From assembly GCA_013265495.1 (NCBI GenBank), contig MU058844.1, positions 2,087,520 through 2,151,519 of the forward strand: 64,000 nucleotides of DNA, written 5' to 3'. The stretch is from Vicugna vicugna. Taxonomy: Eukaryota. The notes beneath the pieces are model-generated. The model was not told the origin of the DNA, ran no database searches, and worked only from the letters and a program-made list of their open reading frames with translations. A program made the translations under genes and the position numbers. Below, one piece after another: positions 1 through 12,501 of this stretch (positions are counted from its first letter, which is position 1; every line of letters begins with the position of its first letter).

Positions 1-1170
1 TACTACAAGTGAAGCAGGATGGCATCATTTGAGCAACAATCAGATTAGTTAAAAATGTATTTTGGAAAATGTAAGACAACCACTACATTTTAAAAAATGA
101 ATTTATGTGCTAAGACACGAGGTAAAAAGGAATCATATAAGACACTCATTTAGAAGCCAAACAAGGCAGAAGAGGCGGGGGAGTGGGGGTGGAGAACAGA
201 TTCAACAAGTAGACCAAAGTTATAAACATGTTAGATATTAATCCAACTATATCAAGAACAACTCTAGTGTGAGTGGTGAAAGCATCCATTAAAATTTGGA
301 GATTGTCATTGTGGATAAAAAAGCAAGACTCAATGTATGTTGTCTGATAGAAACCAACTTTAAAAATGAAATCTCAGATTGGTTAAAAAGGATGGAGCAA
401 TAGACATTTATTCTAATAATTATCCAAAGAAAACTAAAGTAGTTGTATTAATTTTAAACAAAGCATATTTCAGAACAAGGAAAATTATCATGGACAAACA
501 GACATTACCTAATGATAAAAGAGTCCATTTTAATTTCTCTTAAAGGTTTACTTAACAATATAGAGTGTCAAAAAAGGAGGCTAAAACTGAAGGGAGAAAT
601 AGACAAATTCACCACTATAGCTGAAGCCTTCAACAACACTCTTTTAGTAACTGATAGATCATCAATCAGAAAATCAGGGTATATTTAACCTGAATATTAC
701 TATTAATCAACTAGAGTTAACTTATGTTTATGGAATATTCCAGCCAACAGTAGCAGGGTTCACATCCTTCTCAAGCTCACATAAACATTCACCAAGATTG
801 ACCACACTCTGGGACATAAAATATGCCTTAACAAATTTAATAGGATAGAAAACACACCAAATATGCTCTCAGACCTATGGAATTGTTAATACAAATCAAA
901 CAGAAAGACAGCTGGCAAATGTCCAAATATTTGAGATAAGACATCACTTCTAAGTAACTTTTGAATTAAAGAAGACAAATGTTTGAATCAATAGAAATTA
1001 TAAAAAATAACTTGAGTGAATGAAAATGTAAAGACAACTTATCAAAATTTGTAGAATGCAGGAAAAAGCAAGGGTAAAAAGAAATTTATAGCATTTAAGT
1101 GCATGCATTAAAAAAGAAGAAAGATCTAAAATCACTAGCCTCAACTTCATTTTAGGAAACTAGATAAAAT
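1..1170 (+). mobile_element. Degraded L1 fragment (inter-ORF region and ORF2 endonuclease region)
   Basis: A-rich sense strand with motifs typical of the L1 endonuclease-coding region (ggataaaaaagcaagactca…atgttgtct, gaagggagaaatagacaaattcacc, acattcaccaagattgaccac); many frameshifts. Confidence 0.85.
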
Positions 1171-1288
1171 TTTTTAAAAATATTTTTAAATCTTTTGAAG
1201 AGCCAAATTAAAAAAAAAAGACATGATACATCTAATTTGTATATTTTCTTATTTTAGAGTTGTAAATACAAGAACTTGCAGTAAAGTG

Positions 1289-1646
1289 TGCTATAGATGC
1301 AATGTTTGCAGTGCCTCAAAATTCACATGTTGAAGTCTAATCCCCAGTATTAGCAGGTGGGGTCTGTGGGAGGTGATTAGGTCATGAGGGTGAAGCCCTC
1401 ATGAATGGGATTAGTGCTCTTATAAAAGAGGTCCCAGTGAAGGCCCCTTGCACCTTCTGCCATATCGGTTATAGCAAAAAGACAACCATCTATGAATCAG
1501 GAAGTGTGCTGTCTCCAAATTACGAACTCTGTGGAGCCTTGATTTTGGACTTCACAGCTGCCAGAACCGTGAGGAATCAGTATCTGTGGTTTCTAGGCTA
1601 TCCAGTCTCTGAAATTTTGTTACAGCAAGCTTCACAGACTAAGACA
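1289..1646 (+). mobile_element. MaLR solo LTR (MLT1A/MST-like)
   Basis: TG…CA ends; ggtgattaggtcatgagggtgaagccctcatgaatgggattagtgctcttataaaagag core; terminal gactaagaca. Confidence 0.85.
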
Positions 1647-1930
1647 CTGTGTTTTCTTTGTAAATATTATATGAAATAACTGCTAAGAACTATTGGCTTT
1701 GTCTGGACTTTTTTCTCAGTGAAGGGATGATGTGAACAGAAGTCATCAGTCTTATACTAGTTGCAGAGGAGGTTTGGGGAAGAATCAGCCATTTCTTCCC
1801 TCAACCCTCAAGTGGTTACACGTTCGAAAACCCCTGGGTTAGCATATAAGTCATCACACCTTGTAACAAAATGCTGTCATATATAAACAGTCATATGTAA
1901 GTTTATTAGCAAAATTCGTAATTTTATATA

Positions 1931-2122
1931 CAGTTGTCCCTTGAACAATACAGGTTTGAACTTTGCAGGTCCAGTTATACACAAATTTTTTTCAATAAAC
2001 ATGTACTACGGTACCACACTATCTGTGGTTCATTGAATCCGCAGATGCAGAGGAACATCACATACAGAAGAACCAAGTATATGGAGGGCCCACATACTTG
2101 AGCACTGTTCAAGGATCAAATG
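1931..2122. mobile_element. Tigger2-type (TcMar-Tigger) MITE
   Basis: Imperfect TIRs cagttgtcccttgaacaa / ctgttcaaggatcaaatg; TA at 1929-1930; similar to the copy at 53171. Confidence 0.8.
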
Positions 2123-2398
2123 CATTATTAATCTGTTGTAATTTGCTTATTTATGGACTAGTGTCAAATGTCCAGTTTTTTCATTTCAATAATTAACAAT
2201 ATTTGAGCGACTATATACCTATTGTGCCAGATTACAGGAATGAAAACTCGAAAAGTCGTGGCCCTTACCTTCAACCAACTCATAGTTCAGTGAGATGAAC
2301 AACGACAAAGACATTTTCAAAATAATGGAAAATACTGTGAACTTGCTTCATATAAAAATTTAGTTTGTGTTTTCCTATATTATCAGACAGGGAGCTCT

Positions 2399-2817
2399 TG
2401 TGGTAGATGCTGTGGGTCATTCCTCAGATCTCCTCTTCAGTATTCAGTATTCACTTATTTCTCTAGCTGCCAGAATTTTTGTCAACTGATAGTTCACAGT
2501 GTGGTCCCTTTAATGAAGGGAGCTGCCTGGCACAAGGTTAAGTCCCTTCCTGGAGGCAACTCACACTCTGTCTGACTGTTGTTGGGTACAGAAGTTGCCT
2601 GCTGAATTCGAGTCAAGTCTAAAGTCTTCTCAGTTCCAGAACTTTCCACCAGATCCACTAAGCTTGCGGTTGTGACTGCAACACAGTTCAACTTCTCCTT
2701 CTGTTTAATTCTTCTTCCCTCTCTCCCTTACAGGGGTGTTTCTGAGAGCTTTTTCCAGGAAACCTTCAAGAAAGCTTTGTCTCAGGATCTACTTTCTGAT
2801 GAACCTGACTTAAGGCA
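2399..2817 (+). mobile_element. ERVL solo LTR (LTR16-like)
   Basis: tgtggtagatgctgtg…cagatctcctcttcag start, acagttcaacttctccttctg core, gaacctgacttaaggca end. Confidence 0.75.
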
Positions 2818-4944
2818 TCCCTGATTATATGTACATGTAAGAGTCTTAACTGTCAAAGAAAATATTGAGAGCCAAGTCTGGAAATAATAAGTGAATCCAT
2901 AGGGAAGATCTAATACCAGATTTATAGGGCATTGGAAGATCCATGAGACGTGGTGTAGATGCTGTTGTGCCAAGTAACTTCATCCAATAAGAGCACCCTG
3001 AGTAACCAGCCCAGGATCCATATAGAGTAGATTTAATACAAAGAAGATAAGATTAGTGTAGCCTTTAGACTGCTATTATTTGAAATCTCTGTAACATTTG
3101 GGAAAGAGGTTTGAATGGAGAACTAGGGATTTATTCCTGACTTGATCCCAACAAACTAAAGCAGTCTCAGGTAGGAAGCCCTCAAATGTCTATATGCCTG
3201 GAATGTGTTATGGGTTAATCATCACTAACCTGGTCAAATATAAATCTTAGAATTTGGTTCTAAGGCCATTGGGTTAAGGATTATGAAATATTTTCCAAAA
3301 AGTAAAACCTCTATCAATGATAGTAGACAGTGCAATTTTAAGGGGTCCATTGATAAACAATTTTGTTATAATAATTATTTATTTAAACATGTAACAGAAA
3401 ATATAACTACCATATAGTGATGTGGCTTTTCAGGCTTTATTTAAAATAACAGTCATTAAGTAAAAATTGATCATCAAGTAAAATTCTTAATCATTAAGTA
3501 AAAGAAGGTGATAAAAAGTGATGATGTTGGTAATTAACTTACTGAATTTTGAGGATCACTGAGTTGTGAGGGAAATGACACTTGTAATGGGAAGGATGCA
3601 GTGTGAAAAAATTTGAGATACAGAAACGGAAGTAAAGAGACACATAAGGAAGTTCAGACAGGTGAGATTTTGCAGTTCTGTGTGCGAGTACCTGGGGAAT
3701 CATTTGTGGGGCTTTAGAGAGTAAATGAGGATGGGAAGTCTGGATTCTGGAACATGGTAGGGAGAGCTGCAAGGACTGAGATCTCCAAAATTACCAGTCT
3801 GAAAGGAGGACCTTGGATTCAATCCTGTGCCAATCTAAGAGGTCTTTGGCAGTGAGGACAGATTCTTCTAGGTATTTAAGGTAACATGGAAGGATTGAAT
3901 GCTGCCTGCCCTAAAGTTGGGTAACCTCAGATCCTGGAGGGCTAATATTCAACATCTGCTTATTCTGTCCACCATGTGCCATGTCTGTTTTAAGCACAAA
4001 AAATAAAGCAGACAAATATCCCTGCTTTGATGAAACTTTCATTCTGGTACCCACATCTAGCATGCCTCAGTATAAATTAAATTTGGAGGGAAATGAATTA
4101 TGATTCTTAAGTTATAAGTGAAAATCACTTCTCCCCAGGTAACTTTCGTCTGGTACTGATTTTTTTTTTTCTAAAAATCTTTACACAGTGCTTCAATTAT
4201 TTCTGCTGTTTGGAATTAAACATTTAAATGGTTTATTTTTAATTTTAACATACTCAGCATTTTAAAAGAAATATTAAAAGCACTTTACAGAAATAGCTGC
4301 TATTCTTTCAGGAAGATATTGTCTTTAGTACTTTCATAAAAACAACTAGTTGGTGCAGAAAATGTTTGTAGTAAGACCAAGATTAAGGGTTTTATTTGAC
4401 TATGCCATGTGTTAGTTTAAGTGTATTTTATAGTCTCAAAACATACTTTTATATTCTTTATTTCACAGAACTGCTGCGACAAGATACAGATACTTTACTA
4501 AAGCTTGGTTACCAGTACTGAGAAGAGAACTGAAAATACATGCCTACTAGTAAGAAGTCAGTACTGTCATTCCACATGCATTAGCTGGCCTGCAAATTCT
4601 ATTCTCAAAGTTTATAAACAAACATTTGGTGATAAGAAAGCTTCCTTGGTGAATTACTTTCTACAGAAGATCAATATATTTTAATTGCCATATTTTTGTT
4701 TGGTACTGATTTTAATAAAGAACATTAGGTGTCTTCAAGATACAACTTTGACATAATCATAGCAAGTTCCCAGGCCCATCTCTCAGGGTTGTCTTCCTAG
4801 AAGAAACCCTCCCCTTGAAGCAGTGTGGTTCTAGCTCTTTCATGGCCCCTGATAGTTTCTTCCTATTCCACTTTTCCTCCATTTAAATACATTTTTTAAA
4901 AAAGCAAAAAAATAAAACCCTTATTTTTTCCATAAGTTAAAAAC

Positions 4945-5250
4945 TTATTGCACGATTCCACTTTACATGCGGTATCTAGGATAAGCAAATCCACAGAGAC
5001 AGTAGAATAGAGGTTGCCAGGGACTGAGGGAGAGGGAAATGTGGAGTTACTGTTTCATGGATAGTTTCTGTTTGGGATGATGAAAAAGTTCTGGAAATAG
5101 ATAGTGGTGATGCTTGTACAACACTGTAAATGCACTTTATTGAATACTTAAAATGTAAAATTATAAAAATTTATATGACGTATTTTTTTACCACTACAAA
5201 AGTAATACCAAAAAAAACAAAAACAAACAAACAAACTAACAAAAAAACAG
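4945..5250 (+). mobile_element. L1 3' end (L1MB-like) with A-rich tail
   Basis: gcaaatccacagagacag…ggttgccaggg…gatgaaaaagttctggaaatagatagtggtgat, followed by an (AAAC)n/A tail. Confidence 0.85.
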
Positions 5251-6429
5251 CCCTTGACACCACCAGATTTGCAATGGTATCATAAAGTACTTGTTAATGT
5301 AATGTTGGTGTCATTACGTTTTAATTGCCAGCTGGCAACCATCAAGGTTTGCAACTACATGGATTTAAAAACAAACAAACAAAATCTTCACAGCATTTCC
5401 TGTCATCTTTCAGCAGCTTTCACTATGTGGTTTTACTCTTCTGAGACAGGCGCATATGTTCTTATCATTCAGAAGGTAACAGATATTTAAAAGAGCTATT
5501 TTGATAGTACCAACTTGTATGGTTCTTGGCTTGTGGGAAGAATTACTCTGTTTCTAGTTGGATTTTGCATTGTCTCACACCATGAGTAATACCAGAGAAG
5601 GTACTGAAATTGGCCTCCAAGAATGAAGATGTTTCATGAGATGCCAACCTTTTCATGAAGAAAGTTCCAAAGAGATTTAAACCTAAAGCACCAAATGTGA
5701 TCATGCCTCCACTTTGTTTTCCCCGAAAGACTCGTAAGTCAGCTCGTATGTTGATCATTTAATGCTTTAAAAATTGATATGCTTAGACATCATTCAATAA
5801 AAAATGGGCACATAAATTATTTCTAAACAATAATATTTCCTCAAGTATTTAAAGTGGATTTATTCAAAATACAGGATTGTTTCCAAAAATAAAAACACTC
5901 ATATGATTTAAATGGTAAAGCAAATTTCACTTTGTTGTCATGTTAATATCTATCTGCATCAAAAATTCATCTCATGAATTATTAAAGAAATAACCTCAAG
6001 AAGGAAAATTACAAGGGATGAATTATTGCTTGAAGGGACAACTTGAATCAAATCAAATAGTTCTCAAGGGACTATAACTATCCCAGAAAAAGTTCCTAAA
6101 CGAAGCCATTATTTTACAGTGCAGACATTAGAATCAAACTTCTCATTCATTTGCCTACTTAAATTCTGGAGGGCTGTGTTCTGCGGTGGAGCATTTATTT
6201 TTCCTAGGATACAGGGTAAATTGAAAAAGAGAGTATTTACAGACCAAATAGGTTCCCTGCAGTAAATACACACTGCACAGACATGACCTGCATTTGAACG
6301 CTCCAAACTAAACAGGACATAACTTTCAGGCGAGAGCATGGATAAAAGGCAAGATGAAGAACACAGCCTCCTAAAACCCTCAGTTCATTCTGAAATTTGT
6401 GTTACTTGACATACATTTGCATTCCTTAC

Positions 6430-6610
6430 ATAGCTTATCATATGGGACAGGTTCTGTTCTAAATGCTTTGCAAATACAGACTCATCTCATCCTCTTGTGA
6501 ATAAGGTGTGATCATTAATGGGGAAACTGCCTGAGGTCACACAGATCCTCAGTGGCAGAGCCAAGAACTGAACCTGAGCATTCTGGCCCTAGGGTCTGTG
6601 TGCTCAGCTT
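6430..6610 (-). mobile_element. MIR SINE
   Basis: ttctaaatgctttg…ggggaaactg…aggtcacacag…agtggcagagccaagaactgaacc. Confidence 0.7.
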
Positions 6611-8226
6611 CTAGGTCAGGCATTGCACATTATTCTATCTCATCTCGTGCTTGGCTTCAACTTTCATCTTCACACAGGATGTTTTTCTTGGTTTGAAAAG
6701 GAAATACAACATTGCCAAACCCTGGTTACATTTATGGTAGCAGGCCTTAGTACCAGCAACAGGCAGGAGCACGGCCAGGAGGTGGTCTTTCAGGTAACAT
6801 CTGGCTTTTTTCTCTCTTTTGTAGTTTCCACTCAGCTTTCAACAGGTACATCTCCAAAGGTGGTCTCATCCGTAAAATATCAACATTTCTGCCATCACTT
6901 AGTGTAGGAAGCCTTCATTCAACCCAAAGACATTTCCCACGTGAGAATTCGCAGGGAAAACTTTTACGTAAATCCTCCCCCTCCTTTTTGATAGCATATT
7001 TAGATTGCATGATTTCTCCATAATTACAGTAGAGTCACTATCAAGACTACAGACTATTTCAGTATCTTAAAACTTGAACTCACATCAAATGGCCAATTTC
7101 CTATCATTTTTGCAGACATCAAGAGCTTTAGTTAATCATTTCTGTTGCTCATCTTCATTTAAACAATGTTCTCCTTGGAGATAAAGATGCCAGTAAAGAA
7201 GTTAGCTCTTTCCCTGCCATTGCTCACAAGACAGAAGCAGCTGGTTGGAGTGGTAAAGATAACAGTGGGTGGAGTATGTAGCCTCTTTAAGCTTTAGCTC
7301 CATGCTTTTAAAATTAATTATGATAGTGCCTAACTGATAGGGTTATCCCGAGTCTTAACTGAGGTAATGAATTTAAAGCACACACCACAGTGCCTGGCAC
7401 AGAGTAGGTGCTCTAAGCATTTATCTTTAATACATCACATCAGCTTCCTGAGCAGTGGCCTGGGTTTGCCATGCTCATCTTCTTGCTATTAAGGTATTAC
7501 TATTTCAAGACTAACGCTATAGCCTCCTAACTAGTCTCCTTGATTCCGGTGTCGCCGCCTGTATGTTTTTTGCTAGGTTTGGTTCGCTCAAATAAAACTT
7601 TTATCACGTTATTACCCCATTCAGGTACCTCTGATGCCATCCAGCTGCTAGCACAGGAATTGGCACATCTTAATCACCAAGTGAATAGTGGCTGAACAAA
7701 CAAATGAATAAATAAGTGCCCAGTGACAGACTTTCAAGTCCTTCCACAGTTAGATTCTACCCTTAAATTTTTTTCCTTATCTCCCTTTAGTTATTACCAT
7801 AAACATGGACCATTCATTTATTGTATGACTTCCACGTGTCAGACACCATGGCAGTTGTTGAATGTTCAAGGATGGTAAAAGTGCTCATGGCTTCTTTGAA
7901 AACTGTCCTTCTAAGCCAAATTGATTTTTTTATGGTCTCTTGCTTTCCAATTGCCAAGGTTTTGATAATGCTGTTCCGCTGGCCCCAAAAAGCTGTCCCT
8001 CTGCTTTCACGTTCTTTTTATCCCTCAGGATTCATCTCCAACTGTACCTTGTTCTGCATACACACTTACCTAACCACCTACATGTAAAGTGATCTCTCCC
8101 CATTCCTCCTCTGCCATGCTAAGACAATTATTTTTGATTACATCATACTTTACTTTGGCCAGGATTTATAATTATATAATCCATTGTAAGTTCTCTGGTA
8201 CCACAACTGTAAAATATTATTAACCA

Positions 8227-8298
8227 TATATATACACACATATAATATATATGCATACATATATGTATTTATATGTGTGTGTGTGTGTGTGTGTATAT
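8227..8298. repeat. Compound (TA)/(CA)/(TG) microsatellite
   Basis: Directly visible. Confidence 0.9.
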
Positions 8299-8984
8299 AG
8301 CCTGTAGTAACATTTTCTCCTGTGGTGGTTCCTCATTCAATATTTGCAGATGAATTGACTGTTGGATAGGTTACTGGACATTTTCTTACACTTAACAGAG
8401 AGGTATGTGCTTTGCACACACCACTAGATATTCAATGAATGTTGCTTTGGTGTCCCGGTACAACCTAGTGATCAATACTATGAAAAAATAATACACTTCG
8501 TGACTGCAATTGACAAAAGAGATGCTCCTGAACATACAAGAGTCAGAGAAATAAGGAATTGAATCCTTCCTTGTGGAGAAAGAGAGTCACATATCTCCAT
8601 ACCTTTATCTTAATTCAGAACTTATTCTGTCTTTGTCTCTATTCTCATTTCTGCTCCATTGCTCAGAGTAGGGATTCTTTATCTGGAATCTCTGGATCCT
8701 TATAAAGTCTATGAATGGATTTCAGCAGGGCTTACAACCCAGTAAAATGCTATGCATGAAGAAAGCCAGGTGGTTATTTAACAAGTATAAAGTAGGGGTT
8801 TAAACCCAAGCTTATCTAACTGCAAAGTCTCTGTTTTTCCAGATGTATCATGGTTTAGGTGATTTCTTGCATTGCTAGGTAGAAAACAGACAAGGGCGGT
8901 GATGCAATCTGATTATTGGACTGGAGTGTCGGGAAGGTTTGTGACAATCACTACCACAGAGTGGCAGCGGCAGAAGCAACAGCA

Positions 8985-9150
8985 AACACCTACGTATTGT
9001 TTGTGATGTGTCGAGTGCAGTTCTAAATGCTTTATGTATTAAGCTTTTTTTTAAACCTCACCACAAACCTATGAAATAGTACTATGGTTAGACACATTTT
9101 ATAGATTTAACAACCTGAAAAATGGAGAGGTTAAGTTGTTTAGGCAAGGC
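8985..9150 (-). mobile_element. MIR SINE
   Basis: ttctaaatgctttatgtatt…cctcaccacaaacctatgaa…cattttatagat…gagaggttaagt. Confidence 0.7.
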
Positions 9151-10204
9151 AGAAGGACACTGAACACAGGTTGGAGGGGGTGCAGACATACGGGAAAGAG
9201 AGAAGATGGCCACGGTATTTGTTTTTTTCCAAATTTTGTTTCAAGCCATCCTGCAATCTAGGCTACCCTGAATTCCAACCTAGCCTCCTTTCTTGACTAA
9301 AGGAGAAAATCTGTCTAGGGTCACAAAATAAAGAGCCAGACAACCCATTCCAGCCCCTGACCTTACTTTGAAGAGTCAATCTACGAATAAACCAGTCACA
9401 TCAGGTTTGTAAAGATAATCGCTTGTTTCCAGACCTCTTAGAAAATAAAAGGCTGTCAGAAGGAGACCTTTCTCAGCTCTGGCATTCTTCACATCTTAGT
9501 ATGCAGGTACAATTTAAATCATTTGTATTTGATGTCTGTGAGAAAGAGTGACTAGCCTTGAAATGAACTTTGACAACATGCAGAATATAGTCACCCTGTT
9601 AACTAGTGGGTTGTCAGTAGAAATCAGAGTTTAAGTGGTTTTAACAGCAGATGTGGTATGTGCTGTGAATTTGAATATTTCAAATATCTATACAGCAGCC
9701 AAGGTTTCAGTGAACCCTACTCCCAAACATTCCAAGCCAGGATAAGTTTCAGCCTTCTCTGCACAAACACTGCTTCTAGCCTCAGAAGTGTTTCACTCCT
9801 CATTAGATTGGCAGAGACCTGGATTCTGATGATAATTCCATGGCTTTTTTGTGAGTTACTGTATATGGCTTTTTGTGAGTTAATTTCTTCTATCTAAAAG
9901 CAAGTATGACAACATATGTAACTTAACATCTGATTAAAGGTACAAATTTTAAATAAGATGATATTCAGTAAAATCCTTGGGGTTCTGGAGGTGAGGTTCT
10001 TACTAAGACTTAAAAGATGGAAATATTTGTTCCTGCACAAAGATAAAGTTCAAAAAAATTGTAAAACTTGATCACATTGTATAAACTGTTTATAGTCTGC
10101 AAAGACATGTTACCTGAAAATTTTTATTATTAATTGTCTATAACTTAAAAGTTTGATCTTTCTTAAAATGCAATATCGTAATGGTAAGCTAGATGAGATG
10201 TGGG

Positions 10205-10350
10205 AAGAGCTGGGTATTCGTGTCAGTTGTGCTTCTTACTAGCTCTGTGAACTTGGGCAGATCATTGAATTTCAGTTTTCTCATCTGTAAAATGGAAATA
10301 GTGAAAATCATTTCCCTTGCCCAGGTCAAAGGATTACTATGAGATATATC
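10205..10350 (+). mobile_element. MIR SINE
   Basis: cttactagctctgtgaacttgggcag…tcagttttctcatctgtaaaatgg core. Confidence 0.8.
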
Positions 10351-10364
10351 AGAAAACAACACAA

Positions 10365-10575
10365 GCTAACATTTACAGAGAGCTTAATTTATTGGTGCCA
10401 TGCTCTGAATTCCATGCTTTGTACATTTTGCCTCCTTTCATCTTTATTCCAATGTTATGAATTAAGTAATACTTTATATCTACTTTACTGATATGGGAAC
10501 TGAGACTCAGAGAGGTTAAGTGCGCTGAGCTCATAAAGCTTACTATTAGGGGGAAGAACATGGATGTGAAACTTA
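10365..10575 (-). mobile_element. MIR SINE
   Basis: gctaacattta…gaactgagactcagagaggttaagt. Confidence 0.7.
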
Positions 10576-10854
10576 ACTAAAATGGTTCTGTTTTATAAAA
10601 GTAAGATGATTGACATATCAAGAAAATGTGTTTCTTCTCCTGTCCTAGTTCTTCTTTTTCTTTAACACTCTATGTCTCTCCTCAAAGTCTCTCTCTCTCT
10701 CTGGTAACAATTACTGCTGTTATTCATCATGTACACTATAGCAGTATTGCAGGGTTAGGTTTCAATAAGGAAAAAACCAAATCTGGGCAAAACAATAATC
10801 GTGGAATCATAGTGTGATCTCTAGCCAATGATCTAACTGCTTTTATGTAATCCT

Positions 10855-11065
10855 CATTCACCAAGTGTTTCTTGAGAATTTACTGTATTCCATGATGGGT
10901 GTAGGGTGCGGGGATTCTACAAATATGAAGGGAATATGCTTTATTCCTTGGGGTGAGAGATGTACAGAAATACCTATAATCTGAAGAAGTGATTGCATGT
11001 TATAAGAGATAAATGCCAGAGGAGTTCAAGAGGAAAAATTAACTGATTCCAGGTAAGGGGATCAT
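10855..11065 (-). mobile_element. L2 3' fragment
   Basis: cattcaccaagtgtttcttgag…; pattern of an antisense L2 3' end. Confidence 0.5.
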
Positions 11066-12112
11066 CAATTTTGCACCAACGTCCAGGGAAAATATTTGCC
11101 TTTTTCTAGATTGTCAGGCTAACCAGGTAAGTGCTTATTAAATGCCAAGGAGAAGAGGAGTGGGATAAGATGTTAAAATTGTGGAGACTGGGCTTGGGAA
11201 ATAAGACAAAAAAAAAATCATGTGATAGCACCTTCTCCCCTCCTTTAGTTACACACTCAAGAATTTAATTCCTTCAAGTTTCATCAAGGCACGAGTATAT
11301 TTACTGTCAAATTGTATACTTGGATGGCTAGAGGAGAGAAGGAGGGAGGGTGGAGGATGGGAGGGTTATCCTCTCATGTTTCACAGATGTTGATTTCAAG
11401 TTTCCACCTGGTAACAGCCTAGGGGCCAGGGCATAAAGATACAAGTCAAAACACAGAGACACACAGAACTGACAGCATCCAGCAAGGGAATTACAAAAAC
11501 CCCAAAAAGCTTTCCACCGGCTAAATAAATATCTTTCCTTGTATTTGCACTTTTTTTTTTATTTACTGAAATTTGTAAAGAGCCATAAACGTTATTACCT
11601 TTTCAAAGTTCTAGATTATATAAAAGTGTAGCCTATGAAAATAAAATTTTTCATGTATAGGCTAATTAAATTGTGACCAACTTCTAGTATCTATGCATTT
11701 TCTTAAAAAAAAAAACAAAACCTTGCAGACAACAAGAACGGTTTTAAACTATGAGTAATGAAAGTAATAAATGACATGCTTTTCATATAAAACCATGGCT
11801 TTCTTCCAGGACACTTTAGAAATACATTCAAAATACAGAGAAAACTTCCATAGCATAGTACTTGAATTTGTACAAACAGCCCAAGGCAAGTAAGAATCCG
11901 AATGGCTACTTATTTATTTTCACAGACCACACTTAAAATAATTTCATTCCATTTGCCAAGCTTACATGTCCTGAAAGGAAAACAAACAAACAAACAAACA
12001 AAACCAACCCTGTCATTTCGGAAGTATGATAAACAAGACTAGAAAGGGTGGATAGATGAGTGGGGTTGGGGGTGGGGAAACAAACCCTTTAGTTACAATA
12101 TTTTAGGGAAAT

Positions 12113-12501
12113 GAATCAACATAATAAAACAAATCCCAAGTCAAGTTGCTCCACTGCTACACTACATAAGCAGTTTAGAATCTTAAGCAGATGCAAAAGA
12201 AATAAAGCATCTAAATGGGGAGAGAAAAAGGCCGATAAAGTTTCTGGCTACAATACAAGAGACATATCATTACCATATGATCTAATGTGGGTGTCAGCCG
12301 GATTGTGTTCATTGAGGGAAACCTTATTTTTTAACTGTGCTATGGAGTAGAAGCAGGAGGTTTTCAACCTAGTGACAGTCACAGAGCAGCACCTATCCCC
12401 TCCTCCTTTCCACACCTGCAAACTCTTTTGCTTGGGCCGAATATTTAGTGTAATTACATCTCAGCTTTGAGGGCTCCTGTGGCAAATCCCCGGATTAAAA
12501 G
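12113..12501 (+). other. DCN: DCN non-coding first exon 1a (5' UTR); 5' boundary approximate
   Basis: Closely matches my recollection of the human DCN exon 1a leader (…CAAGTTGCTCCACT…GGCTCCTGTGGCAAAT…GGATTAAAAG); donor AAG|gtatga at 12501/12502. Confidence 0.85.

Noticed and set aside
10205..10575. Inverted pair of MIRs as a possible dsRNA hairpin
   Set aside because: The copies are highly diverged and lie upstream of the transcribed region.
12111..12350. 79-aa ORF over exon 1a as a microprotein gene
   Set aside because: Its ATG lies at or before the inferred transcript start and it has no recognisable domain; only the internal uORFs were kept.
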